A program made the position numbers and the translations under genes. Of a stretch of 64,000 nt of DNA, positions 24,538-64,000 are shown piece by piece. The notes under the pieces are model-generated. The model did no database searches and was not told the origin of the DNA. It was given only the letters and a program-made list of their open reading frames with translations. This DNA is from Podarcis liolepis (taxonomy: Eukaryota): NCBI GenBank assembly GCA_965112155.1, contig OZ218112.1; one strand, written 5' to 3'. The stretch's first letter is position 1. Each line of letters starts with the position of its first letter.

Positions 24538-27500
24538 CCAGAGTTCTCTTAATGATTTGACATCTTCATAACAGGAATAAGGAATGAGAGGAGAGGTTCT
24601 CTTGTGGATCAGGAATTGGTTAAGTAGCAGGAAGCAGAGAACCTCCTCCTCGCTCTGCACACCAACCCGTGGCTCCTCCTCAAGCTTGGCTTGCTTTATG
24701 TTGGAGTGACCCAAATGTTGTGATGGTACCCCAGCTTCCTTTTTGTCTTTCTTTTCTGTCTTCTCCTCCTAACCCTCTCTGCTCTTCTAAGTCTTCTTGT
24801 TCTTCTGACCATATCATCAATCATACCCCTCCCTGTCAGTCCATTCCATTCCCTCTTATGCTTCTTGCAAAGATAGGCTGATCCCCTTCATCAGCCCGAT
24901 AACTTATTGGGCAGCAGACATAAGGAAGTCAAGTGGGTTACTGAAGTAATCTCTTTGCAGAAATGGAAGTCAGGCTAGAGCATTCCATCTCTTCCCACTT
25001 CTCTCTCTTTCATGATAGGCAAAGAAACTGCTCCAAGAAAGCCAAGCCAGGCAGCAGGTGCCTGAGCTGCTGTCTTTGCTGGATCGCTCTCAAAAAGCCA
25101 GAACTCCAAAGAGCATTTGCCAACCCTACCCAACTGGCTCATCTGAGTTGCTGCCCCCCCCCCCAAAAAAAACAAAGCACAATCCAGGAACTGCTGTTAC
25201 AGAAGAAGACATGCAAGGCTTTAGGGGGCACTGCAGGCTTAGCATTCTCAGTGACTCCAACCTCTCCTTGTCACTCTCAGGAGCTTCCCCAAAAATGTAC
25301 CTTGAGGTGCTGCATCAAAGAGACAGAAGAGACTGGGGCTTTTCCTTCCCCCTGCCATGCTTTAAGCTCTACACTGGATGCAGAGCAGCTGACTCACTGG
25401 GCCTCTGAAGCAAAGCAAAACTCCAACCTGAGGATCACATATGCCATTTCAGCTTATGCACTGTGATGCCTAATGAGATTTCCTGAATGCCTTTGGTTGT
25501 TTATCTCATATGTTTGCACAATAATTTAGAATGGTGATACATTAAGCAGACATCAAAGGAAATGTATGGCAGTCAGATCTGTAGGTGGCAGTTACATGGC
25601 TAAGAGAGTGAAGAGGCTCAGGAATTCACATATCCTGCCTCAGAATGGATCACAAGGATGTCCATCTGCTTCCAAGCAGAACCTGTTGCTTATCAACCCT
25701 CCAGGCAGGTTGCTGGTGATCCAAGACTCCTTTATGTAATGCCTTCTCCCCAGAGATTACATTTTGCATTACAATTTATTTGTTCTCATGAGGTTTCTGA
25801 AGGTGGGTTGCTTTTATGGGATGATATTTATTAGGTTTTGTATATGCAAACCAGCCTTGCTGGGCTGGACAGCCCTTTTCTACCGAGGAAGACTTCCCCC
25901 CCAAGGACTGGGTCTCTATTTCCCCTGTATTTTCATGAAATAGGCTTTTCACCAGGATTTAGTTGGAAGCCAGTGGCCTCCTTTGGGGGTGGGAAGCAAT
26001 ATCCATCTTGATCAGGGCTGTCCAACTTTTCATACTAAGTGGGCCACAAAAATACTCCAACACAAAACCTGCAGGCCACACACTGCCTTGTGTGGGAGGG
26101 GGGAATGAAGTCAAAATTTGACTCCCACAAGCCTGCCTCCCCAAAACTGGCTAAGTGAAGTGCTGGGCTTTGGGGAGGAGGCATGAGGCTCTAGCAGGGT
26201 ACCAGATCCTGCCCACCTTCTTCCCAAAGCTGGGAAGGTGCTAAGTAGGCTCTGGGAAGGAAGGAGGAGGACTCTGTCAGAGCCCTCATACCTTCTTCCC
26301 AAAGCCCAGCACCTCACCTTGCTTACCTGACTTTGGGAGGGCTGAGGGGGAAGGGGTCAAATGTTGCTGAGGGCCACCAAAAAAAATGCCTCAAGGGCCA
26401 CATTTTGGACCACCCTGATCTACATGGTCTATTAAAATAGAATGCATATCCCATGTGCCTCCCTCCAAATGAATCATTCTACAATCAGAGAGAGGGGGAG
26501 AGGGAGAATAAGGATGCTAGAGAATAAGGATGCTGGCATTCTAATCCATTCTATTTTGTGCCAGATTGTGGATGCACATTTCAGGGTGAAAATAATTATT
26601 GTAGTGTGGATGAGAAGCAGGACTCCCATTTGAAAGAACGTGCCAATGTGTCTCTGATTAACACCTGTGCTTCCTAATCCAGCAAGCACTGCAGGTGTTG
26701 AGAGCACCTTTCATCTATGGAGCTTTCTGCACAGGATGAAGGAGACTCTGGTCTATCTGCAAGCCACCAGTCTGAGTTTGTGGCAAACATTATTTCCAGA
26801 TATTTTAAGACCCAAAACTTCCCATGAGAGGTCCAGGTGAGGTCTCTCAAGCTTTTGTCCTACTCAGTCATTGCCTTGGGCAGGCGCACACCCTGCCTGC
26901 ATCAACTGTGCAGTTTTGAAAATAAATCAGTTCTGAATTTATGCCATTCCCAAGGACAACTTCTTTCAGGCTCTTTTAACTCCGCTAAACCTGCTGCCTC
27001 TAGATGCTCTTCCTTGACATTCATTTTGCTCTCTACATCTGATTAAGTTCGGCACATTGAGAGGTGTGGGTTCAAGATTAGCATTTCTTTAAAAACACAG
27101 TTCAAGCATGCAGTTCTGGCAGGACAATGTGAACCCAAAAGGAAAGTGCCATGGAAGGAAAGAGAAGCGTAGCAAGGAAAGGGTGAGTCTAGTCACTGTC
27201 ACACCAGTAAATTATGCAATATGCAGGCCTTTCTTTGTGCTTGTCCTGTGAGACTGGCCATGGTTATTATGGCCATTCTGCAGTTGGGTAAAGGGATGCT
27301 GATTACAAAATCAGGCTTACCCAGCTTTGATGCTCCAGTACAAGCCCTTGGCTGGTGTTAAGCCAAGGCTTGACAGGGCTGCACTCTGAGTAGCAGGAAA
27401 AAATGGGGGAAAGTGACATGGGATGGGGGGGGGAGAAAATAACATCCTTGTCCTGATATTTAGATTTATAAGTAGTGGCTTCAAAAACAATTCTCCCCCT

Positions 27501-28144
27501 ACTAGTCTCAAGGATTTTCACAGTGATGCGATTTTGTAAAGACTTGATATTATTTTGTATAAAAAAGAAAATAATAATAAAATAAAATGGCTTTTCAAAT
27601 TTTCAAAAAAACCTTCAATAGTTGCACCACAATACATCACACAAGACGTGACAAGCTGAACATTTTAAGCCCCAACAAAAGGGAAATTGAAAAGCACCAG
27701 GATTTCCCTGAGAGTTGCTTGATGCATATTGATTCAAAACAAAAACAAAACCCTTTTCAAGACCAACATTCTTCTTATAAGAAGAGAAATTCCTAATTCT
27801 ACTCTAAATTGGGCTGGGGCTTCCAGGGGAAGCGAGAGACTCTGGTCGCCTTGGACAGCTCCTCTCAGAGACAGTAAAGAAGGTGGTGGTAGCATTTGAG
27901 AATTTGCCATGTGCAGCTCTCTTCTGTCCATTCCCATTTTTTCTCTCTTTATGGAATCCCACCTACAATGGCACACAGGTCCAGGTGGGGAGAGAAGGCT
28001 TGCTTCCATGAATGCCACAAAGGACACCCAGCAGCAGATACCCATCATGGCAAGGATGTGAATGAGTGAGTGAGTGGCTGCTCTCTTCCTGAGATATATG
28101 AAGTCTTGTGGAGGCCAATGGTATGTGCATATGTGTGTGTGCAA

Positions 28145-28609
28145 TGTGAGATAACCAGCCTCATATACCCAACATGATTAAGTCTAATTATTGCATGAAG
28201 GGGTTAAGAACATAGAGTAAACTGTCTATCAGGAAAGCTCAACATGTGAGGAGATCTGAGCTGGTTGTTGCAGCTCAGACTGCATGGCTCTTACAAGCCA
28301 CTCTTGATTAATTTAGGAACTTTTACCACTTAGTAACTAAGCCAAGTCTCCTGGCCCTTGTGGATAAGCACATGAATGTGACCTTTAGAGAGTGTATAAG
28401 TAAACCATTTTTAGCTTGTCATACGTGTGAGAAGCTAGGGAAAGAGAGAAGTTTTGGAACTGTCAAGGGCATATGTTAAAGGTCTACAACCTTTATGTTT
28501 TTAAAATCTCTGCTGGGGTTCTCTCACCAAAGAGTACTAGTCCCAAACTTGGATCATGGCATCCAGGAATTCTACTTTCCCTACCTATATCTCCCCCCCT
28601 GAATGAACA
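28145..28609 (+). mobile_element. Solo LTR, family A copy 4
   Basis: TG…CA termini with exact 5-bp TSD TGCAA. Confidence 0.85.
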
Positions 28610-29527
28610 TGCAAATGAACACAACACCCCCAGTGTATTTGCCCACTGCTGCCAAGCAAAGACCAGCACTCCGACTTCCTATTTCTCCTCTTTGTCCAAC
28701 AGTTCAGTTCCTTAGAGGGACAAGCAGCTGAGAAATTTCCGTCCCCTCCCAAACCTCGGCCTGCCAAGACGGAAGAGGCTGACTTGCCTTTTGGCTTCCT
28801 CCAAACTAGGCCCATTTTCATGAGGTGGTTGAAGTAATATCCCAACAACATTTTAAAAGAAGCATTTCTCATGCTCCCAAATGTCAAGATATTGTAACAA
28901 TCCACAGGGAGCATTATATTCACAAAGAATGAAAGTAGAAATGCAGATGATAATCCACTCCTTCACACAAACCATTGAGGGGGCTAGAAACCATTTAGGA
29001 CACAGTGTGAACATTTGTCCTAGCATCTCACCCCAAAAGCAACCAAAGAGGGAAGCGGGGGGGGGGGGGGAATGATGAAAGAATGAGAACTGCAGGAAGG
29101 GTCAACTCTGTCCCACCTCCCTTTTAAAACAAAATCTAGAAATCCAAGTCTAGCAAAATGGCAGATAACTATCAGGCAGTGCAGAACTACAAAATCCATT
29201 GTTTGGAAAGAGAGGTTTTGAAAGCATCTCCAAGGAAACCAGGGGATGCCAAGACAGTGCAGAGAGTGAGATAAACCTATTCCTACTGCTGACAGCACCT
29301 GTAGCTCAGGCTCACTCTTAAACAAGGTTATTTAAACTTGCCAGTTTCTGAGAACAGAACCTGCACAAACTCCCTGGCTGTCCTGACTGTTTGCAGGCCA
29401 AATTTGCATAACCTTGCATCTTTTCCTTCTGCTGCCCATGATGGCCATCACCACCCCATGGCATTGTTCTCCAGAACAGGAACATCTTTCTCCTTGAACA
29501 GGTATGAGGAGTCTGTGGTAAATAGCA

Positions 29528-30112
29528 TTGCAGCCAAAATAAAAATTCATGTGTTGCTAGACAAACAAAGGGTTAAGACACATGGAGACAGGGCATTCTG
29601 TGAAGTCATATCCTCTGCTTTCCTAGGTGGGGGAAAGTAACAAAAGGAAAATAATCCTTACTACTTACTCCCTCCCAAAAGTTCAGGTTGTTGTTTTCCT
29701 TTACCATGTAACTAAAGAGAGGAATGCTTCTCTGTGCTTTCCTGGACAGATTCCATTATTTATCTCAACCATTTATTTTGTAATTGAAAAAATATATTCT
29801 GCCTGTCTTATTTCACTGCTGCTTACTGCTGAATTGAGTCTGAGACATTATGAAAGTAAATAATATTTTTATTCTTACATGACAGACTTCTGTGTTATTC
29901 TTTTGTTTATACGGATAAAAGGGGGAAGGTCCAGTCAGCTAGAACACCCTGGACAATTATTAAGGTTAAGCAACCTTGTCCCAGAAGTTTCCACATTTTA
30001 TACCACAAAGGGATGGTAATTTTAAACTCTGCTAACCAGACTCACACAAGTGAGCACGAAGAAGGATAAATAATGAAGAATATCTCATCCTATGCTGCAA
30101 ACCCATCTAACA
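29528..30112 (+). mobile_element. LTR-like element, family B
   Basis: Colinear similarity with 49164-49756; ends in AACA. Confidence 0.65.
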
Positions 30113-31017
30113 TCCCACAGGCTTACTTTTGTTCAGGGATTATAAAGTTTGACTCAGCAAACTAGCCACCCATAATTTGTGGTTGCCACCAGTCCCCTCC
30201 CCACTGGTAGGGACGGAGAACAGGGTCACTTCTCATTTGTGTGGAGTATGGAAAAGGAAAGAGGGTCTGGTTGCTTTTCCCTGCTTGAAAACTGCAGAGG
30301 GAAGGAGACACCCAGGGCAGGAGGGGTCTGTGTGGTTCTGGGAGGCCTCATCATCAGGAGATGGGGTGCACTGTCCCCTATCCCGCAAATCCACCCAATA
30401 TTTCCAAATTACAACTCCCAACATCCCTGCTTGCTGGAGCTGATAGGAGTTGCAGTTCAGCAACATCTGAAGGGCCACAATTTCCCACCCCCATCATTGG
30501 AGGAAAGAAGCACAGCAGAAGAGGAACCACCAAGACAAACTCACCAAGGGATGAGAAAGGCAACCCCTGGAGACACCAGGGCAGACCATTAGAGGTCACT
30601 AGAAGGGAAAAAGAAACTGCCCTGCATTCCTCAGCAGAATTTAGCATGAAATGAACTGGGAATGAAGCCAGCTCCCATTGGCGTGGGGCAAGCAGGGGAC
30701 TCTGGGGAGAAGGATGTCAGACTCATCACGCGGGAGGCACCACTTTTCTATTATACGTCCTCTCAACACATACCTCCACACACCTCCACAACAACAACGA
30801 AATAGAAGAGACCAAACAAGTAACAAATGAAAAGTTCTTGGGGTTATTCTTGTAAAAAATCACAGTTTGATTTGCATGGGGAGAAGGAATAAGTCAGCTG
30901 ATAAAATTAATAAGAAGATAAAATTAATATAGAACCAGCCGGGGGACAAAGGAGCCCCCACAGAGACTCCTCTGCCTGGGCCACATGGACAGATGGAAGA
31001 GGGGTGAGGGGCTTGCT

Positions 31018-57468
<26,451 letters not shown>

Positions 57469-60400
57469 CACTTCAGGGTGCAGCAATGCTAGCCAGCAGA
57501 ACGTCCACACCTGCCAAGGAGGAAGAGAAAAGAAAATGGTCAAGGGGACCAGCCACTCTCTTTGATGATGGAGGCGTTGGGTGCACAAAGGCCAGCTTGT
57601 GGTGAAAGTCCCTGAGGTGCTTTATGGGCCTCTGACTAAACAGCTGGTAGCTGCAGCAGGCTCAGAACATCAAGGGGAAAGGAAAGCACCAAGAGGTGAT
57701 GGACCCAACTGGGACTTAGCCTAGCCAAGCTAGTTTCACCATGGCCACCTGTGGTAGGAAGTGTGGCTTACTAATCTCAGCCAACTGGAGCCTCTGTAGA
57801 AAACGTGCCTGCCTTTTTTGGTCTTGATCAGGAAATGAAAGAGGTCTTCCCTTAAACAATATCTGTGACATCTCATCCTACAAAATGACATGACTCAGGC
57901 ACCTCAGTAACCACAGAGGTTTTGAAATGCCACACAAGCAAATGCATGTATTTATAAGAGCAAAGGCCACATCTCATCAGGACGATGATCCCAGTACTTC
58001 TAGCACACTGTCACTGCATTCTCCCGGTAGGAGTCTGCATAACATGCACAGCCCAAGTAGTGAGTGCACACCGAAGCGCCTCACAACCAGGCAAATTCTG
58101 GCCCTTCCTTTCCTTGTGAGATCATTTCAGTCAAGGGCTCACAGTCAGTGGCTCTAGTCCATTTCTGCTGTTGCTCTCCTGGTCAGTGAAAATAGTCAGC
58201 ATGCCATATGAGAAGATATGTGGTTTTCCTGGTAGTAGTGACAGCAACCACTATGAGGAAGGAACAAAGGTGAGAGAGGGAGGGATCTGGGCTGCCATGG
58301 TAGACGGTCACAGTTTGGTTTTGGTAAGAAGTGTTGGGTTTTGGAGATTTTTATTTCCTGTGTGTGTAAACATGCAGCTGATGAAAAGGCCACAATTCAT
58401 ATTGTGCTGGTAAACATTTTGCTACTGGGCTGCACCAGGCCATGTGGCATGACTTTGCCATATACTGCAGCATTTGCAAGACTGCTTTGCCCAGGGGTCG
58501 GGGGGGCACTTGTCCATTTCTCCCCAAAAGAGGAAATGCACCACCACCACCATCATAAAAAGAGGACATAAATGTGCAGATTCATATTTAGAAATATTTC
58601 ATTACTGTAATTTAAATAGAAATTCAATACATCCAGGGAACTGTGTGACTGCTCAGTCTGTGGTCTAGGTGTTCCCAATCAACTGGCACTATGGAATCAA
58701 TCTGCAGTTTCTGCCTGCATCTGTCTGTGGTGATGAATGAGGGCAGTGGGATGTGCAGTTGCTGTGTGGAATAGGGCAAGTGGGGAGGAAAGTGAGGGAG
58801 AAGCTGCTGGGTGAGGTGCAAAGTGGAAGACAAGTTGTGAAGGTTTTGATGGACTGAACCAACTGAAATAGGGGGGGGGGAGTGGGAGCAGAAGTAGGAT
58901 AATGTGACTAGTAAATTATGAATGCAACCTTCCAATAGTAAATTAACCAGCTAAAGTATTTGATGGAAACCAGTATTAATGGATAGAAGCACACTGGTAA
59001 GACTGAGACTAAACATCAAAACTTACTTTATTTTTTAAAACCATTTTGGCTCATTTGAATTTCTCCTTTAGGAAATATTGAGGAAGAAATTCCCTTCTAC
59101 TAATGAGTAGTTCTTTTTAAAAATAAAATGAAGAATAAGCTCTCTTTAAGTGCAGGGTGGTATTTTGGTTTGTAAAGGGGAGATCCAGCCAAGTTAAGCC
59201 TGTTTTGTGGGGTCTGCAAGCAAAATGTAGACAAGAACAGGGCTAGTAAACGAAGAGTTCTTGAACTTCCTAGAGAGGACCCTTTGTGTGTGGTCACTTG
59301 CTTTGTATTTCCTTTGTATTTCCTTCTGCCTGTGAAGAGACTCTTTTTTTCCACCATGCCTCTGAGCTGACCATACCTTTGGTTATCACTAAAGCAAAAA
59401 ATTGGGATTTTTGTGCCTCATTTTTAAAATTTGCATTTTTAAAGTAATTAAGTTAACTTAAAAAAACAATATGTTTGGTTAAGTTTTATTTTCTTTCGTT
59501 TGATGAATTAAAATATTGTCCTTTATGATTTAATGTCTGTGAGTATTCAACAAATATTCACCTTTTTAAATAAAATCCCCTGGGTACACACTATAATGAA
59601 ATGTGTGTCTCAGGCTTGTGTCCAGCTAACCAACCTCCCTGAAACTCTTGCGGGTGCCAGTGAGACATTGTCTGTGTATAAATATCTAAAAGGCTACCTG
59701 CTTCCCTACAGACCCTCCTGGGTGCTAAAACTGGCAGGGGAGTGGCCCTCTTGGTTCCTCCATTGCCGCCAGAAACTTGAGTTGTGTGTGTAGCCTGGAG
59801 AGAGAGCCTTCTCTGCAGCAGCCCCTAAGTTGTGGAACTCCCTCCCCACAGAGGTGTATCTGGCAGCTTCATTGTACAGCTGTAGAGAGAGCTGCAGATG
59901 CATCTCTTAAACTCTGTCCGAAGCTTTGCTGCTGTTTTGTATGTTTGGGTTATACAGTCATCCTCAATTATGCTTCCCTATCATCATCCCTCATTATATG
60001 CCTTGGGAACTTGTTGAAATACTAGGTATAAATCAAATACAGTAAATAAACTGCTTTTGTGGCATTTCGGTTGATCCCTTTGGGGTTTTCTTTTCTTTTT
60101 TTCTTTTTTGTGTGTGTGTGCAAAATTTTTAGTAAGCTGAACGTCAAACTATCCAAGCAGTGTCCCAAAAAAAGAAGAGGAGGATAATACATCATATGAA
60201 ACAGTAGTGCATCATAAAAGCAAATTTTAGATGTATTCACAACACTGGTTGCAGACAGATTAACAACAATAAACCAGTAAAGCCTGTGTTTCACTATGCC
60301 CCCCCCCCCGCACATGTCCCATTAGAGAGCCCTTGCAAATCTGTGGCAATACGAAAACATAGTTCTCTCTGTGCTCCACAATTCATTACTGAGATGGTTT

Positions 60401-63400
60401 GGGGATCAGCTGAAAGGAGGCATTTGAGTTTGCCCAAACCAACATCAACACTGAGATCCTAGAAGGGAAAGGACTGGGAAAATTAAATGTGGCCACTTTC
60501 TCCCACCCATCCACCCAAGCTCAATTGTTCTTAGGTGGAAGAAGTGATGTCCCTAAGCAAAAAGGACCAGCAGCTCCTCCCAAGACAAACTGGGGAAGCC
60601 ATGACTGCTTTTTGGAAGAAGTAAAAGGGACAGAGTATCTCACCCATGATTGAGTGCACCCATATCACAGATGATGCCCTTAACTGGGACAGGTATATGA
60701 AAGACAAATGCTGTTCTTGTTTTTTAAGGAAATAAGCTGTGCTCCTTTTACTTTTTAAAAAATTTCCTTCTCTTTTCTGCCTTTCTTTTCTCTACTTGAT
60801 TTCTCACTGTTACTCTCCTAAGGCACTCTTTAGAATGCCTATCTCTAAGGAGGTAATTTATACCAATTCACCATGTATCATAACCTCACACTAAAGTAAA
60901 TGAACAACAAAAAAGACAACCCCGGATTTTCTAAGCAACATTTTGAAATTCTCAGAATTTGGAAGCCCAGGTACACAGAGCTCATCTCCTGGGGAGTGGA
61001 GGTGGGGGGGAAGGTATCACTTCTGGTGATGGGTTAGGATGGGGTAGGGTGAGGGAGGGAGGGATAGACACCACAGGAAAGGCAATTTGGGGAATACTGG
61101 CATGCAAAGCTGCAGTATTCTTGACAGCATCAACACAGGAACATCCTCCACAAAGAATGTCACTCAGGACCGGCCCATTCAGAAGAGCATCAATAATGCA
61201 GGTCCCCAAGAACTTGTAGTTTATGCTGAGCCCTGAAAAGCCGTAGAACAAAATTTGGGGAATATGCTAAGAAATGCTAAATGCTGAGGAAGCCGAAATC
61301 ATGCACCCAAGTGGATAATATTTGCACCCTATAATTTTGCGATTTCCCCACAAGTCCCAACCACTCCCCAGGGGTCGACTTTGGTAATATGGTACCCTGT
61401 ACAAGGCCAAGATTTAACACACACATCCAACTTTCCTGTATCCTTTCCAAAGCTGGGCAAACGTTAACTATGCTTTGGGAAGGATAAAGGAGGACTCTAG
61501 GACCCTGTCAGAGCCCTCACACCTCCTTCCCAAAGTAAGTGCTTACAAGGCTTTGGGAAGGAGGCAGGAAGGTGCCCTCTCTGTTCGGCACCTTGTGTGT
61601 GAGGAACCAGCCATGCTGCCCTAAATCCGCCTCTGTATCCCCCCTGAATATTAAAAAACCCCACACTATTAGTGCCTTTTCTTGTCTAACAGACCCACAA
61701 ATCTAGTTAGCTGAGCCAGATGCAAAGCTGTATCAAGAGGTGATGAATTGCAAAGGCTCATCATCACACTTCAAGGGAATCTGTAAGGTGAGCTGGGGAG
61801 GAGTAGAGCTTTCCTCCAAGCCCACCAAGGTCTAGCTTTCCTTCAGCAGGAGCACCTGTAGTGGGAAGATTATGAGGCTGCCCTCTTTATTCCTTTCTCA
61901 GCCTCTCTAGTAGGAAATGAGATTTGGAGGGAGTAGCATTACCTGGAATTTGTGACAAGTGAATGCAAAAGAGTACTAAAAGAGCCCTGCTGCACAAGGC
62001 CACCTAGTCCAGCATCCTGTTCTCCCAGTGGACACCCATGAGAAACCCTCAAACAGGACCCAAGCCCAGAAGCATGACTGCCTCTGATGGTGGAGGCAGA
62101 GCAGAGCCATCATGGCTAGCAGCCAATGACAGCCTTATGTTCCAAGAAAAGTGAGTTTTGGTACTCATGGTAATTAGTCTTAATAGCCACCTGATCAGGG
62201 GAAGGAGGGCTTTGTCTGACTCAGGAATCGAGCTGAGTGAGGTCCCCCAGTTTATTCCCATTACGTGCTACCTTGGCAAACACAATTAGATGAATGAGTT
62301 TACTTCTGTTTGGGGATAATGCAGACCTCTGACTATGTGGGTGCATTTAGCAGATGCTGTTTGTCATACAACCAAGTAAGAAATATGACAACAGTTCTTT
62401 TTTCCTATGCTTCCTCACTCTTACATATTTCAGTTTGTTTTAGTTTTGGACCAAGCAGAACAAGAAGAACCAGATATTGGAGCATCATGCTATCCTTAAA
62501 GTCTTTGAGATGATGTGCCTATTGACTCTATACGTAGAAAGTGGTGGCTGGTATGGTGGAAGGCAAGGAGACCAACCACAGGTAGAGCCAGAGCCAATGG
62601 CAGGCAGAGTCAACTAAGGGTTTGTCCACACTTCATCTTGTCCTGCTGCTTTCTCCCCAAGGAAAACTGCTCTGGAGCAAACAGAAATCTGGGTTTCCCC
62701 ATGATTGCCATTTGTTCTATCACTAAAGAGTGGGTTTTCCCTTGGAAAGCAGTGGGGTAAAGGGGAAAACAGCTCATACTCATGCTTTCTGGGCATGGAA
62801 AAAGCAGAAGTGTAGACAAGTCCTAAATCTAGTTTTGTTCCCATTTTCCTCCTGCCTGCTGAGTTCTACAAGGGTAACGCTGAGACAGAGGAGAAGGTGG
62901 AAGAGGAGGTGTCATCCTCTGGACTGGAGGGTTAACTGAGACTAGTGAGGCAGTGCCCTATCTGCCCTAATGGAGCCACCCCCACTGCAGTTGCTGGTGG
63001 TGACCAAGCAGTCTGCAGCTTCCCTTCCCTTGCCACAGATCTCAAGGCATGTTCCACACAAGAATTAAAGAGCATCCAGCAACTGGATATATCCCTGGCC
63101 TTCTGGCACTTAAAGTCACCCATGAGCAGAAATGGAAATAGATCAGAACCATCTGGCTTTGTTACATCTTGCATCCAGCTCAAAAACATCTCTTGAAAGG
63201 TAGCAACTGTATCTATGCTGAAGCCACCATGCACCTTGAAATCTTTTCATCGCATCAAGCATAGAATCCGGTCCCAAAAATAAAAGCAGGCAAGGCGCAT
63301 TGTGACTCTAATGCCTTTAGTGGGAATTGGATGCCCAAACAGAGCCTTTATCTGGTGACACATGCCTGAAGGTGAGGCCGATGTGCAAGCCAGAGGCTGA

Positions 63401-64000
63401 GCATACAGCATTTTCACCAAACAAAAAAAAGACACCAGTGTGTGTCCTTTTCTTCCTCCAGGAGAGGACATTGATTCCCAGCCAAGTCAGTGGATCAATC
63501 TCCACCTGGGCCCACTGACAGCAAAGCAACAGCAACTCTGCACAGGTCCCAGAGTGCAACTGCTAGTCCAGGACACCAGGGGGTTGGGTGGGGGAGCAAG
63601 CACAAGCCAGCCAGACTCACAACCCCTGCCATTGAAGATAAGCAGCTCTGGCCAAAAACCACCCCACTCACCACCATGCTGCTGCACACATAGCAGTCAT
63701 AGTTCATGCTCACAGATAGTGCTGAGCTACCAGATGTTTTGCCCATCCCACCAGCCCCTCCATTTCTGCTCTTGACCGTCCTTCCTTAGGAAGGATGCTT
63801 AATGGAAGGGAAAGGGCACATGGTGGACTTGTGGGTAGTCCTGCCCCTCTTGCGGTTGGAACAGTAAAATAAGCAGGTCAGTTGGGTGGGGTGGTGGGGA
63901 GGGGAGGGAGAGCCATAGCCTCCAACTCCCCCACCTCTCCAACTCCAGGGGTCCTCTGCCAGCTCTGTGGGGGCCAGGGGGGTGAAGCACCTTCCCTGAA

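Noticed and set aside
57511-64000. GABRA3 non-coding exon 1, promoter, or intronic miR-105/767
   Set aside because: No CpG island, convincing exon or hairpin seen; those miRNAs are known from mammals.

Overview
Vertebrate genomic DNA, most likely a lacertid lizard (inferred from two intact Sauria SINEs and typical squamate CR1/L2/hAT repeats). The main feature is a minus-strand GABA-A receptor alpha-3 gene (GABRA3). Its nine coding exons (57468 down to 31018) were reconstructed by hand; all have GT-AG boundaries and consistent phases, giving a 1440-nt CDS (479 aa). The non-coding first exon was not found and probably lies beyond 64000. The protein has several unusual traits: the A-to-I edited I/M site of TM3 is genomically ATG (Met), loop F has a 3-aa deletion, loop C reads STGTY instead of STGEY, and the M3-M4 loop carries a GCT-repeat poly-Ala. 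The rest is repeat-rich intron and intergenic DNA: CR1, L2, RTE, SINEs, hAT and Tc1/pogo MITEs, two solo-LTR families, and a Penelope-like relic with a degenerate hammerhead. There is also a CpG island at the left edge (possibly the gamma4/epsilon subunit promoter, by synteny) and one N gap. Most entries in the supplied ORF track are spurious or TE-derived. Comparisons to human and other proteins are from memory and need confirming by alignment.
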